DNA of 64,000 nt from positions 759-64,758 of the forward strand of contig JAICWC010000001.1 of NCBI GenBank assembly GCA_025934995.1, in the 5' to 3' direction. A program made the translations under genes and the position numbers. Below the pieces are notes generated by a model, which worked only from the letters and a program-made list of their open reading frames with translations, was not told the DNA's origin and ran no database searches. Below, piece by piece: positions 30,109 through 39,541 of this stretch. The stretch's first letter is position 1, and every line of letters begins with the position of its first letter. The stretch comes from Thermoleophilia bacterium (GTDB taxonomy: Bacteria; Actinomycetota; Thermoleophilia; Gaiellales; Gaiellaceae).

Positions 30109-30112
<4 letters not shown>
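29729..30112 (-). CDS. nusB: Transcription antitermination factor NusB
   Basis: RRDARKSAL..LYQ, W...RL..VERNILR, VIDEAV.LAK.Y, LVNGILD. Confidence 0.93.
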
Positions 30113-31455
<1,343 letters not shown>

Positions 31456-31461
31456 GGTGGG

Positions 31462-31471
31462 AGTCTAGGCT
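31462..31471. promoter_or_regulatory. Overlapping bidirectional -10 boxes for leaderless accC and cupin
   Basis: CAC-N6-AGTCTAGGCT-N6-ATG: TAGACT on - and TAGGCT on +, each 6 nt from a start codon, with no RBS. Confidence 0.7.
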
Positions 31472-31477
31472 CGGGGC

Positions 31478-31996
31478 ATGGAAGCGCCGTTCGAGGAGAC
31501 GGAGCACGGCCTCGTCTGCAAGGGCGAGGGCTGGTTCCTCGTCAACGCGCGGGACGTCCGCTGGCGCGAGTCGAAGGGCCGCGGGGCCAGCGCGAACTTC
31601 GGCGGCGACACGCTCTTCGACCAGCTCGGCGTCGGCATCACGATCGTCGGCCCGGGCGAGCCGACGACGATGTACCACTGGGAGTCGAACGAGGAGGACT
31701 TCATCGTCCTGCGGGGCGGCGGTGTTGCCATCCTCGACGGCGAGGAGCACCGGCTGCGGCAGTGGGACGCGATCCACTGCCCGCCCGGCACGGCGCACGC
31801 GTTCGTCGGCGGTCCGGAAGGCCTCGTGCTCTTCGGCGTCGGCGCGCGGGAGCGTGCCGACGAAGGCGCGTACGTCGCCGATCCGGTCGCGGCGCGCTTC
31901 GGCGCAGCCCCCGAGCGGGACACGGACGACACCCGCGAGGCGTACAGGCGCTTCGGGCCGCGAGAACCGGTGCGGTACGGCGGATGGCTGGACTGA
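31478..31996 (+). CDS. Cupin domain protein (copy 1)
   Basis: MYHWESNEEDF...HCPPGTAH. Confidence 0.85.
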   Translation: MEAPFEETEHGLVCKGEGWFLVNARDVRWRESKGRGASANFGGDTLFDQLGVGITIVGPGEPTTMYHWESNEEDFIVLRGGGVAILDGEEHRLRQWDAIHCPPGTAHAFVGGPEGLVLFGVGARERADEGAYVADPVAARFGAAPERDTDDTREAYRRFGPREPVRYGGWLD

Positions 31997-32466
31997 TCCG
32001 CAACCTCACCGAGACGCGCTGGGCTCGCCTGCCGGGCGGACTCGGCTGGCGGACGGCGCCGCAGCAGGACGATTGGTGGGAGCAGATCGGAATGGTCGTC
32101 TGCGCGCTCGCGCCCGGTGAGACGCTCGCGATGTACCACCGCGAGAACGACCAAGAGGACTTCCTCGTGGTCTCGGGCGAGGGGACGCTGATCGTCGAGG
32201 GCGAAGAACGACCGCTGCGGCAGTGGGACTTCTTCCACTGCCCCCGCGGCGTAGCGCACGCGATCCTCGGCGGCCCGCTCGTCGTGATCGCCGTCGGCGC
32301 GCGCGGCCACGAGATCGCGGCGGGGACGGGCTGGGGCACGTACCCGGTCGACCCCGTCGCCTTGAAGCACGGCGTCGGGGTCGAGGAGGCGACCGACGAC
32401 CCGGACGTCGCCTACGCGCGCTTCGGCGAGCCCGAGCGCAAGCCGTACGACGGGTGGCTCGAATGA
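31984..32466 (+). CDS. Cupin domain protein (copy 2, paralog)
   Basis: MYHRENDQEDF...HCPRGVAH; ATG overlaps the end of copy 1. Confidence 0.85.
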   Translation: MAGLIRNLTETRWARLPGGLGWRTAPQQDDWWEQIGMVVCALAPGETLAMYHRENDQEDFLVVSGEGTLIVEGEERPLRQWDFFHCPRGVAHAILGGPLVVIAVGARGHEIAAGTGWGTYPVDPVALKHGVGVEEATDDPDVAYARFGEPERKPYDGWLE

Positions 32467-33176
32467 CCGACTGGTTCGGAGACTGGGCCGACCGCTACGA
32501 CGCGGGCCTCGGGGCGATGGGCGAAGCGGCGGCGATCGACCCGGTCGTCGACGTGCTCGCGGAGCTTGCGGGCGACGGCGCCGCGCTCGAGCTCGCGATC
32601 GGCACGGGACGGATCGCGCTTCCGCTCGCGGCGCGCGGCGTGCCGGTGCACGGGATCGAGCTGTCCGAGCCGATGGTCGAGCAGCTGCGCGCGAAGCCGG
32701 GCGGCAACGCGATTCCCGTCACGCTCGGCGACATGACGACGGCGCGTGTCGATGCGACGTTCAGCGTTGCATATCTCGTCTACAACACGATCAACAACCT
32801 GACAACGCAGGATGCGCAGGTCGCGTGCTTCGAGAACGCGTCGCGTCATCTCGAGCCGGGCGGGCGCTTCGTGATCGAGGTCGGCGTCCCCGACCTGCAG
32901 CGCCTGCCACCGGGTGAACGATTCGTCCCCATCGGCGTGCGGGACGACTACGTCGGCGTCGACGAGTACGACGTCCTGAATCAGGGGCTCGTCTCACACC
33001 ACCAGGCGACCGGTCGGCGCCTCTCGATGCCGTTCCGCTACGTGTGGCCGTCCGAGCTCGACCTGATGGCGCGGATCGCCGGCATGACGCTGCGCCATCG
33101 CTGGGCGGATTGGCACCGGTCGCCGTTCACGGCCGACAGCCGCAAGCACGTCTCCGTCTGGCAGAAGACGAGCTGA
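32463..33176 (+). CDS. Class I SAM-dependent methyltransferase
   Basis: LELAIGTGRIA, GIELSEPM, GDM, YLVYNTI, SELDLMA. Confidence 0.88.
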   Translation: MTDWFGDWADRYDAGLGAMGEAAAIDPVVDVLAELAGDGAALELAIGTGRIALPLAARGVPVHGIELSEPMVEQLRAKPGGNAIPVTLGDMTTARVDATFSVAYLVYNTINNLTTQDAQVACFENASRHLEPGGRFVIEVGVPDLQRLPPGERFVPIGVRDDYVGVDEYDVLNQGLVSHHQATGRRLSMPFRYVWPSELDLMARIAGMTLRHRWADWHRSPFTADSRKHVSVWQKTS

Positions 33177-33210
33177 CGCGGGACCAGGGGCGCGGGCCCC
33201 TGACCCCGCG
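33177..33210. terminator. Imperfect GC hairpin between convergent genes
   Basis: cgcgggaccagggg-cgcggg-cccctgaccccgcg. Confidence 0.5.
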
Positions 33211-33238
33211 ACGGTCTAGCGAGGAAAACAGTCGGGTC

Positions 33239-33541
33239 TCAGTCGCCGGCCTGGCTGCTCGCATCGCGCATGAAGTAGCCCTCGACGTCCAGGATCTCGG
33301 GCTCCCCGCTCACGTCGACACCCGCCTCTTGCAGCACCGGCATCAAGTGCTGCGCGAACTGCTCCTGCTGGTCCCGCGACTGCCAGACCTCGCTCACGCG
33401 AAGGTTTCCGCTCGAGCCGAAGCAGACGTGCGCGAGCAGCCCTTCGGGTGGCCAGTGGCCGCCGTCCTGCAACTTCTGCCCGATGCTGTCGTACTGCTCC
33501 GACGACATGCCGCTCGGCGTGAATCTGATGAGCATTGCCAT
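33239..33541 (-). CDS. Small dimeric alpha-beta barrel (ABM-like) protein
   Basis: MAMLIRF...YD...PEGLLAHVC...VSEVWQS; GGAGG RBS. Confidence 0.75.
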   Translation of the reverse strand: MAMLIRFTPSGMSSEQYDSIGQKLQDGGHWPPEGLLAHVCFGSSGNLRVSEVWQSRDQQEQFAQHLMPVLQEAGVDVSGEPEILDVEGYFMRDASSQAGD

Positions 33542-33615
33542 GGACAGCTCCTCCGTAGGGGTCTTCGCGACTCTACGACCCCGAAGGCCGAGCGCGCTCG
33601 GGCACAATCCGGACG

Positions 33616-33969
33616 GTGGCGACCACCCACGCGTTCTCGGGACTGGCGGTCGCCGACTACGACGCCGCGTATTCCTGGTACGCGCGGTTGTTCGAGCGGA
33701 GCGCCGACATGTTCCCGCACGCCACGGAGGCCGTCTGGCAGTTGAGCTCGAGCTGTTCGATCTACGTCGTGCAGGACGCGGAACGAGCCGGGCACGGGCT
33801 CGTCGCGCTCGCTGTGGACGACCTCGACGCCTGCGAGGGACGTTTGCGTGAAGCCGGCATCGCGTTCGAGGCGCACGCCGACGGTTCGACTCCTCGGCGC
33901 CTCGTGGTCGAAGACGGCGACGGCAACACGCTGACCTTTTTTCAGGATCCGGCGCAGTCGGGCGCATAA
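33616..33969 (+). CDS. VOC/glyoxalase family protein
   Basis: VADYDAAYSWYARLF, LAVDDLD, EDGDGNTL. Confidence 0.82.
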   Translation: MATTHAFSGLAVADYDAAYSWYARLFERSADMFPHATEAVWQLSSSCSIYVVQDAERAGHGLVALAVDDLDACEGRLREAGIAFEAHADGSTPRRLVVEDGDGNTLTFFQDPAQSGA

Positions 33970-33990
33970 GGGGCCTGTAGGATCCGCCCC

Positions 33991-34473
33991 ATGCCCGCTG
34001 CGGAGTCCGTCGTCCGCGAGACGTTCGCGGCGCTCGACGCGCACGACCTGGATCGGTTTCGCGCTCTCCTGCATCCCGACGCGGAGGACCGGTTCCTGGC
34101 CGTCGGCACTTTTACCGGCCGCGAGGCGATCGTGGCGTTCTTCGAGGAGATGTTCGCCGCCGTGCCCGATGCGCGTCTCGAAGTACGCCGTGTCGTCGCC
34201 GCCGACGACGTCGTGACGGTCGAGTGGACGATGCGCGGGACCTTCAGCGGCGATTCGTTTCAGGGCATTCGCGCAACCGGTAAGCCGGTCGAGATCGAGG
34301 GCGTGGACGTCGTGGAGGTTCGCGACGGGCTGCAGTACCGCAATTCGATCTATTACGACGGCGCGACGTTCGCGCGACAGATCGGCATGCTGCCCCCACT
34401 CGGATCGCTCGGAGACAGGGCGCTGTTGGCGCTCTTCAACGCTCGGTCGCGGATTCGCCGGCCCGCGCGCTAA
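33991..34473 (+). CDS. SnoaL-like / ester cyclase (NTF2 fold)
   Basis: FAAVPDA, VEWTMRGTF...GIRATGKPVE; TAGGAT-N6-ATG start. Confidence 0.82.
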   Translation: MPAAESVVRETFAALDAHDLDRFRALLHPDAEDRFLAVGTFTGREAIVAFFEEMFAAVPDARLEVRRVVAADDVVTVEWTMRGTFSGDSFQGIRATGKPVEIEGVDVVEVRDGLQYRNSIYYDGATFARQIGMLPPLGSLGDRALLALFNARSRIRRPAR

Positions 34474-34544
34474 GGGCACGCAGGCGCGGAAATCGAGATG
34501 CGCGCCCGCCTTCGCCCGCGGGTGAACGCGGGTAGCCTTCCGTC

Positions 34545-34730
34545 ATGCAAACCGCTTGGAAGGGCCACCTCACGCAGACGGTGGCGAGGTATGCGGATGT
34601 CGCACCGGCGGCCACCACCTGCTGCAACGCCTGCCGGACGTGCGTCCAGACGAACCTCCTGACGGCGGCGCTCGCCGGCGTCGCGGCGGCCGGCGGGTTT
34701 CTCGCGCGCCGCTTCCGCGCGACCTCCTGA
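34545..34730 (+). CDS. Small Cys-motif membrane-anchored protein (61 aa)
   Basis: TTCCNACRTCVQTN, then a hydrophobic helix and RRFR; TAGCCT-N6-ATG start. Confidence 0.7.
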   Translation: MQTAWKGHLTQTVARYADVAPAATTCCNACRTCVQTNLLTAALAGVAAAGGFLARRFRATS

Positions 34731-34749
34731 GTCGGTCCGGCCGTTCGAC

Positions 34750-35211
34750 GTGGCTACCGGCAGCGCATGGAGCGACCCGGCCAGGTGGGAGGAAGCCCGG
34801 CGTCGGGAGTCGTGCCTCATCTGTCAGCGCGGTGAGCCGCTCGACATCCTCGTGGAGTCCGAGCAGACCTGGGTCACCGGAGGTACGAAAGCACCCCTAC
34901 CTGGTTATGCGTGCGTCGTCTCGAAGCACCATGTTGTCGAGCCGTTTCACCTCGGCGTTTCCGACGCCGCAGCGTTCTGGCGGGACGCGATGCTTGCCGC
35001 CGATGCTCTCGACCGGCTCCTCGCGCCGGTGAAGATCAACTACGAGATCCACGGAAACACGATCCCGCATCTCCACTTGCACCTTTTCCCCCGGTTCGCA
35101 GACGATCCATTCGTCGGAGCGCCGATCGATCCGCGGCGGGCGTCGTTCGAGCGGTCAGCGGACGATCTACGGCGCATTCGGGAAGCGTTGCTCGTGGCGT
35201 TCGGCGGATAG
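34750..35211 (+). CDS. HIT family protein
   Basis: CLIC, KINYEIHGNTIPHLHLHLFPR. Confidence 0.87.
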   Translation: MATGSAWSDPARWEEARRRESCLICQRGEPLDILVESEQTWVTGGTKAPLPGYACVVSKHHVVEPFHLGVSDAAAFWRDAMLAADALDRLLAPVKINYEIHGNTIPHLHLHLFPRFADDPFVGAPIDPRRASFERSADDLRRIREALLVAFGG

Positions 35212-35260
35212 AGGCCGACGGGGCGCTCGCCGCCGCAGGTACGACCTGATTCGGACTCGG

Positions 35261-35398
35261 CTACCGATCCTGCGACGCGGCGAGGAGGTCACCGCGGTGG
35301 TAGTACATCCACAACCGCAGGTAGCCGTTGTCGGCAAGTTCTCCGGCGATCACTCGCTCGTACCGCTGCGCGAGCGCACGAACGAGCTCGGGATGCTC
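35261..35398 (-). pseudogene. Possible C-terminal gene remnant (45 codons, no clear start)
   Basis: EHPELVRALAQRYERVIAGELADNGYLRLWMYYHRGDLLAASQDR* begins 1 nt after the accB-fusion stop. Confidence 0.3.
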
Positions 35399-35399
35399 G

Positions 35400-37196
35400 C
35401 TACAACGTCGGCGGCCCGGCGAGAGGCTCCAGCTCGAACAGGAGCTGGCCGAACTCGACGGGCTGTGCGTTGTCGACGTGAATCTTGCGGACGACCGCTT
35501 CCAGCTCCGACTTCACCTCGTTCATCAGCTTCATCGCCTCGAGGATGCAGAGCGTCTGCCCCGCCGCGACGACGTCGCCTTCCTGCACGAACGGCGGCGA
35601 GCTCGGGTCGGGCGCGCGGTAGAACGTGCCGACCATCGGCGACTCGATCTGCACATAGCCGTTCGACGGGCGCATGATCGGCGCCGGTTCCGGCTCGGGG
35701 ATCGCGAGCGGCGCGCCGGACGCGGCCGCCGGCGCGTCCGGGGTCGCGCGCACGGAGACCCGCATCCCCGCCTCCTCGATCGTCACCTCGCCGATGCCCG
35801 TCTCCTGCACGATCTGCACGAGCTCGCGGATCCGCTCCGCCCTCGTCTTGTCGACGCCCGCGAGCTCGTCGTCGTCCGCACGCGTCCGCCCGCGAATCGA
35901 CTGGAGCAGGTTCTCGGCGTCCTCGCCGAACAACCCGATCAGGAGCAGCTCCTCTTCGCTCGCTGCGAGCCCCTCGGCCTCCTCGCGCAGCTCGCTCAGC
36001 GGCGCGACGATGTCGTCCTCGGTCGCGGGATCGTGCGTCAGCTGCACCGCGCGCTGCAGCGCAGGATCGATCGGCTCGGGCGGCGAGCCGAAAAAGCCGG
36101 TGACGAGTGCGCGTACCTCGTCGACGATCGTCAGATAGCGGCTCGCGCTCAACACGTTCAACAGCGCCTGCGACGCGAGCACATGGCCGATCGGCGCAGC
36201 GAGCGGCGGCCAGCCCACCTCCGCGCGAATGCGGTCGAGCTCCTCGAGCACTTCCTCCAGCCGGTCGCCCGCCTCCTGTGCCCGCAGCGTCGAGTCGACG
36301 CCGGCGACGAGGCCTGCGGGAACGTCGTGCTGCGCGGCGCGCACCGCGATGCGCGGCGCCAGCGGCGCCACCGGCTCGTCGCCGAGATGCTCGTCGACGA
36401 GATCGGTCGCCTGCCACAGCGCGGCGACGTCGACGCCGGGGTCGAGCCCCATGCCGGCGAGCGCTTCCGCGAGCGCCTCACCCGACACACGGTGCAGGTT
36501 GAGTGCGAGCGGAAAGACCGTGCACGCGATGAGCTGCGCACCCGCACGGGCTGCGGCGAGCGACGCCGCGAGCGCGCTGCCGCCGGAGCCCTGCACGTAG
36601 ATGCCGACCGGCAGGCCGCTTGCTTCGGCGAGCGCGCCGACGAGGCTCTCCGCTTTGTGCGGCTGCAGCGAGCCGGTCGGATCGTGCAGGAGCACGCGCA
36701 CCGCACCGAGCTCGGGCAGCGCCTTCGCACGCTCGATCAGCGTGTCGACCTCGCCAGTCGGCCCGGGGCTGTAGACGAGACCCGCCTCGAAGTCACGTTC
36801 CGCCGCGCGGATCGCCTCGGCGGCCTCGCGAAGGTTCGAGACGTCGTTCAGCGGGTCGTGGAGCCGGAAGACATCGATGCCGTTCTCGGCCGCCGAGGCG
36901 ACGAAGCGCCGCGCGAAATCCGCGTCCACCGGGCGCGAGCCGACGAGGAATCGGCCGCGGAGCGCCAGGCCGAGCGGCGTCTTCGTGCGCGCTTTGAGCG
37001 CGCGGATCCGCTCCCACGGGCTCTCGAGCCCGCGCTTCACGGCCGACTCGAAGCAGCCGCCGCCCGAGACCTCGAGATAGGAGAAGCCGGCCCCGTCGAG
37101 GATCTCGGCCAGCTGGAGCTGCGCGGCGGTCGGCATCACGCCGGCCAGCGGATCCTGTCCGAGCAGGCGAATCGTCGTGTCCGCGAGGGTCGGCAT
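35400..37196 (-). CDS. accB: Fusion of a degenerate pyruvate-carboxylase/OadA-type carboxyltransferase domain with biotin carboxyl carrier protein AccB
   Basis: N-terminal LEVSGGGCF..ESPWERIR, FRLHDPLND; C-terminal IRELVQIVQETGIGEV...SPMVGTFYRAP...ILEAMKLMNE. Confidence 0.85.
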   Translation of the reverse strand: MPTLADTTIRLLGQDPLAGVMPTAAQLQLAEILDGAGFSYLEVSGGGCFESAVKRGLESPWERIRALKARTKTPLGLALRGRFLVGSRPVDADFARRFVASAAENGIDVFRLHDPLNDVSNLREAAEAIRAAERDFEAGLVYSPGPTGEVDTLIERAKALPELGAVRVLLHDPTGSLQPHKAESLVGALAEASGLPVGIYVQGSGGSALAASLAAARAGAQLIACTVFPLALNLHRVSGEALAEALAGMGLDPGVDVAALWQATDLVDEHLGDEPVAPLAPRIAVRAAQHDVPAGLVAGVDSTLRAQEAGDRLEEVLEELDRIRAEVGWPPLAAPIGHVLASQALLNVLSASRYLTIVDEVRALVTGFFGSPPEPIDPALQRAVQLTHDPATEDDIVAPLSELREEAEGLAASEEELLLIGLFGEDAENLLQSIRGRTRADDDELAGVDKTRAERIRELVQIVQETGIGEVTIEEAGMRVSVRATPDAPAAASGAPLAIPEPEPAPIMRPSNGYVQIESPMVGTFYRAPDPSSPPFVQEGDVVAAGQTLCILEAMKLMNEVKSELEAVVRKIHVDNAQPVEFGQLLFELEPLAGPPTL

Positions 37197-37218
37197 CGCC
37201 GGAGACCTTATCGCGGGC

Positions 37219-37244
37219 TAAAGCCTGATCGATCCCGTGCCGAT
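37219..37244 (+). promoter_or_regulatory. Sigma28 (FliA/SigD/WhiG)-like promoter
   Basis: TAAA-N16-GCCGAT, 9 nt before ATG 37254. Confidence 0.5.
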
Positions 37245-37253
37245 CGGCAGTGC

Positions 37254-37334
37254 ATGGTCATCGCGCTACGGCTTGCGCTCGCCCTCACCGCGTGTCTCGC
37301 GGCGATGGGCGTGTTGATGTTCTCTCACTCCTAG
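37254..37334 (+). CDS. Putative 26-aa hydrophobic micropeptide
   Basis: MVIALRLALALTACLAAMGVLMFSHS*; follows the sigma28-like promoter and shares a CTAG stop overlap with the opposite ORF. Confidence 0.4.
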   Translation: MVIALRLALALTACLAAMGVLMFSHS

Positions 37335-37462
37335 AGCGCGTCGATCAGCGCGCCGAGGACGCACAGCACGATCGCGGCGCTGAGAAACATCCAGCCTTCG
37401 ATCAGCGGCAGGCTCGTTCGGCGGTAGAACCGCTTGCTGCCCGCGATCGGCATCAGGAGCAT
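37331..37462 (-). CDS. Putative small membrane protein downstream of efp (start uncertain)
   Basis: (LAIAYVFWGLAAVC)MLLMPIAGSKRFYRRTSLPLIEGWMFLSAAIVLCVLGALIDAL*; the hydrophobic frame extends up to about 37500. Confidence 0.45.
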   Translation of the reverse strand: MLLMPIAGSKRFYRRTSLPLIEGWMFLSAAIVLCVLGALIDAL

Positions 37463-37500
37463 GCAGACGGCCGCGAGCCCCCAGAAGACGTAGGCGATCG

Positions 37501-38067
37501 CTAGGCGCGTGAGATGTAACGCTTCTCTTTGGGGTCGACCTTCAGCTTGTCGCCCACGTTGACGAATAGCGGCACCTGCACGACGGCGCCCGTCTCGAGC
37601 GTCGCCGGCTTCGTGACGTTGCTGACCGTGTCGCCCTTCACTCCCGGCTCCGTCTCGACCACCGTCAGCTCGACGGACGCCGGCAGCTGCACGCTCGAGG
37701 GCTTGCCGTTCACCGCGAGTACCTGCACGGTCGCGTTCGGCTGCATGAAGGTCAGCTCCTCCGCGAGATCGGAGCTCGGAACCGCGAACTGCTCGTACGT
37801 CTCCGCGTCCATGAAGTGCGCCTCGGTGCCGTCCTCGTAGAGGTACTGCACGTTCTTCACCTCGGTGTGCACGCGCGCGAACTTCTCGCCTGCACGGAAC
37901 GTGCGGTCGACGACGGCGCCGTTCTCGAGCCCGCGCAGCTTCGTGCGGACGAACGCGCCGCCCTTGCCCGGCTTGACGTGCTGGAACTCCAGGATGCGCC
38001 ACACCTTGCCGTCGAGCTCGATGTGCATCCCGTTCTTGAAGCTGTTCGTGTCGACCTGATCGGCCAT
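37501..38067 (-). CDS. efp: Elongation factor P
   Basis: FQHVKPGKGGAFVR, QYLY, GVKGDT, KPATLETG. Confidence 0.96.
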   Translation of the reverse strand: MADQVDTNSFKNGMHIELDGKVWRILEFQHVKPGKGGAFVRTKLRGLENGAVVDRTFRAGEKFARVHTEVKNVQYLYEDGTEAHFMDAETYEQFAVPSSDLAEELTFMQPNATVQVLAVNGKPSSVQLPASVELTVVETEPGVKGDTVSNVTKPATLETGAVVQVPLFVNVGDKLKVDPKEKRYISRA

Positions 38068-39104
38068 CAGGCGACTTCTACCCAATCCTTGCGGAACGCC
38101 GTCAGGTTCTCGATCCCGTCTTCGGTGACGACGACGTCGTCCTCGATCCGGATCCCGAACTTGCCGTCGACGTAGATGCCCGGCTCGACCGTGACGACGT
38201 TGCCGGGCGCGAGGGTGTCGGACGACTCCGTCGAGAGCCGCGGCGCCTCGTGCACGTCGAGCCCGAGGCCGTGCCCCAGGCCGTGCCCGAGCGCACCCTT
38301 GAACGGCGAGGCGTCGATGACGTCGCGCGCGAGTGCATCCGCCTCGACTCCGCTGATGCCCGCGCGGATGCCGTCGAGCGCAGCTTGCTGCGCCGCGATG
38401 ACGACCTCGTACGCCTCGCGCATCTCGCCGTTGACGCCACCGGTCGAGAACGTGCGCGTGTAGTCGGACGCGTAACCGTCGACGATGCAACCGGCGTCGA
38501 CGACGACGAGCTCGCCCTTCCCGATCAGGCGATCGCCCGCCCGGCCGTGCGGCTGCGAGCCGGTCGGGCCCGACCCGACGATGAACTCGAACGACGGCTC
38601 GTGCGCACCCTCCTCGTGGAAGATCTGCACGAGCTCCCAGGCGACGTCGCGCTCGGCGCGCCCGGTGAACTGCACCTCCGCGAGCCGCTCGAACGCCCGA
38701 TCCGTGATCGCGCAGGCGCTGCGCAGCGTCGCCAGCTCCTGCTCGTCCTTCACGGCGCGCATCCGCTCGATCGTGCCGTCGGCCGGCGTCAGCTCGAGGC
38801 CCGCCGCGCGCAGCCGCTCGTACAGCGACCACGGCATCAGCGATTCGAAGGTCACGTTCTGCCCCGCGAGCACCTCTCCGATCTCGCCGATCGTGTCGCG
38901 GCGCGTCTGGACGACCTCGACATCCGGGATCTCACGCGCTGCCGCGATGTACCGAAAGTCGGTCAGCAGGCGGATGCGATCGCGCTCGACGATGAGCGCA
39001 CAGTTCGAGCTGTCGAAGCCGACGAGGTACTTGACGTTGACGGGGTTCGTGACGAGCAGCGGCTGCTCGAGCTGCGCCTGCAGGCGCCCCACGCGATCGT
39101 TCAT
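38067..39104 (-). CDS. Xaa-Pro aminopeptidase (M24)
   Basis: TDFRY, PHG, DAG...SDYTRT, HGLGHGLGLDVHE, TVEPGIY, IRIEDD. Confidence 0.92.
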   Translation of the reverse strand: MNDRVGRLQAQLEQPLLVTNPVNVKYLVGFDSSNCALIVERDRIRLLTDFRYIAAAREIPDVEVVQTRRDTIGEIGEVLAGQNVTFESLMPWSLYERLRAAGLELTPADGTIERMRAVKDEQELATLRSACAITDRAFERLAEVQFTGRAERDVAWELVQIFHEEGAHEPSFEFIVGSGPTGSQPHGRAGDRLIGKGELVVVDAGCIVDGYASDYTRTFSTGGVNGEMREAYEVVIAAQQAALDGIRAGISGVEADALARDVIDASPFKGALGHGLGHGLGLDVHEAPRLSTESSDTLAPGNVVTVEPGIYVDGKFGIRIEDDVVVTEDGIENLTAFRKDWVEVA

Positions 39105-39529
39105 TCCTTCTCCTTGAGATATTCGAGTGCCTCGCGGTAGCCGTCGGGGCCCTTGCCGATGATCCGAGAGGCGACGATGTCGGCGAGAACGGACATCCGC
39201 CGCCACTCCTCCCGCTCGTCCACGTTCGAGAGGTGGACCTCGATGATCGGGATCGCCAGTGGCTCGAGCGCGTCCCGGATCGACCAGGCGTAGTGCGTCC
39301 AGGCGCCGGGGTTGATCACCAGCCCGTCGGCGTTGTCATACGCGTCGTGGATCCAGTGGATGAACTCGCCCTCGTCGTTGGACTGGCGGCAGTTGACCAT
39401 CAGGCCGAGCTCGCGGGCCCACTCGTAGATGCGCCCCTCGAGCTCGGCGATCGTCAGGCCGCCGTAGAGCGACGGGTCGCGGCGGCCGAGGATGTTCAGA
39501 TTGACGCCGTTGAGGACGGTGACGCGCAT
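39101..39529 (-). CDS. aroQ: Type II 3-dehydroquinate dehydratase
   Basis: LNGVNLNILGRR...YG, QSNDEG, INPGAWTH, EVHLSN. Confidence 0.94.
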   Translation of the reverse strand: MRVTVLNGVNLNILGRRDPSLYGGLTIAELEGRIYEWARELGLMVNCRQSNDEGEFIHWIHDAYDNADGLVINPGAWTHYAWSIRDALEPLAIPIIEVHLSNVDEREEWRRMSVLADIVASRIIGKGPDGYREALEYLKEKE

Positions 39530-39541
39530 CGGCGGCGGACT

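Noticed and set aside
33558..33601. GGGGTC...GACCCC stem and CCGAGCGCGCTCGG palindrome between divergent genes
   Set aside because: Such GC palindromes are frequent by chance at this composition, and no regulator is adjacent.
35297..35677. + strand ORF with a strong GAGGAGG upstream
   Set aside because: Mostly antisense to the accB domain and becomes low-complexity; the SD-like word is probably chance.
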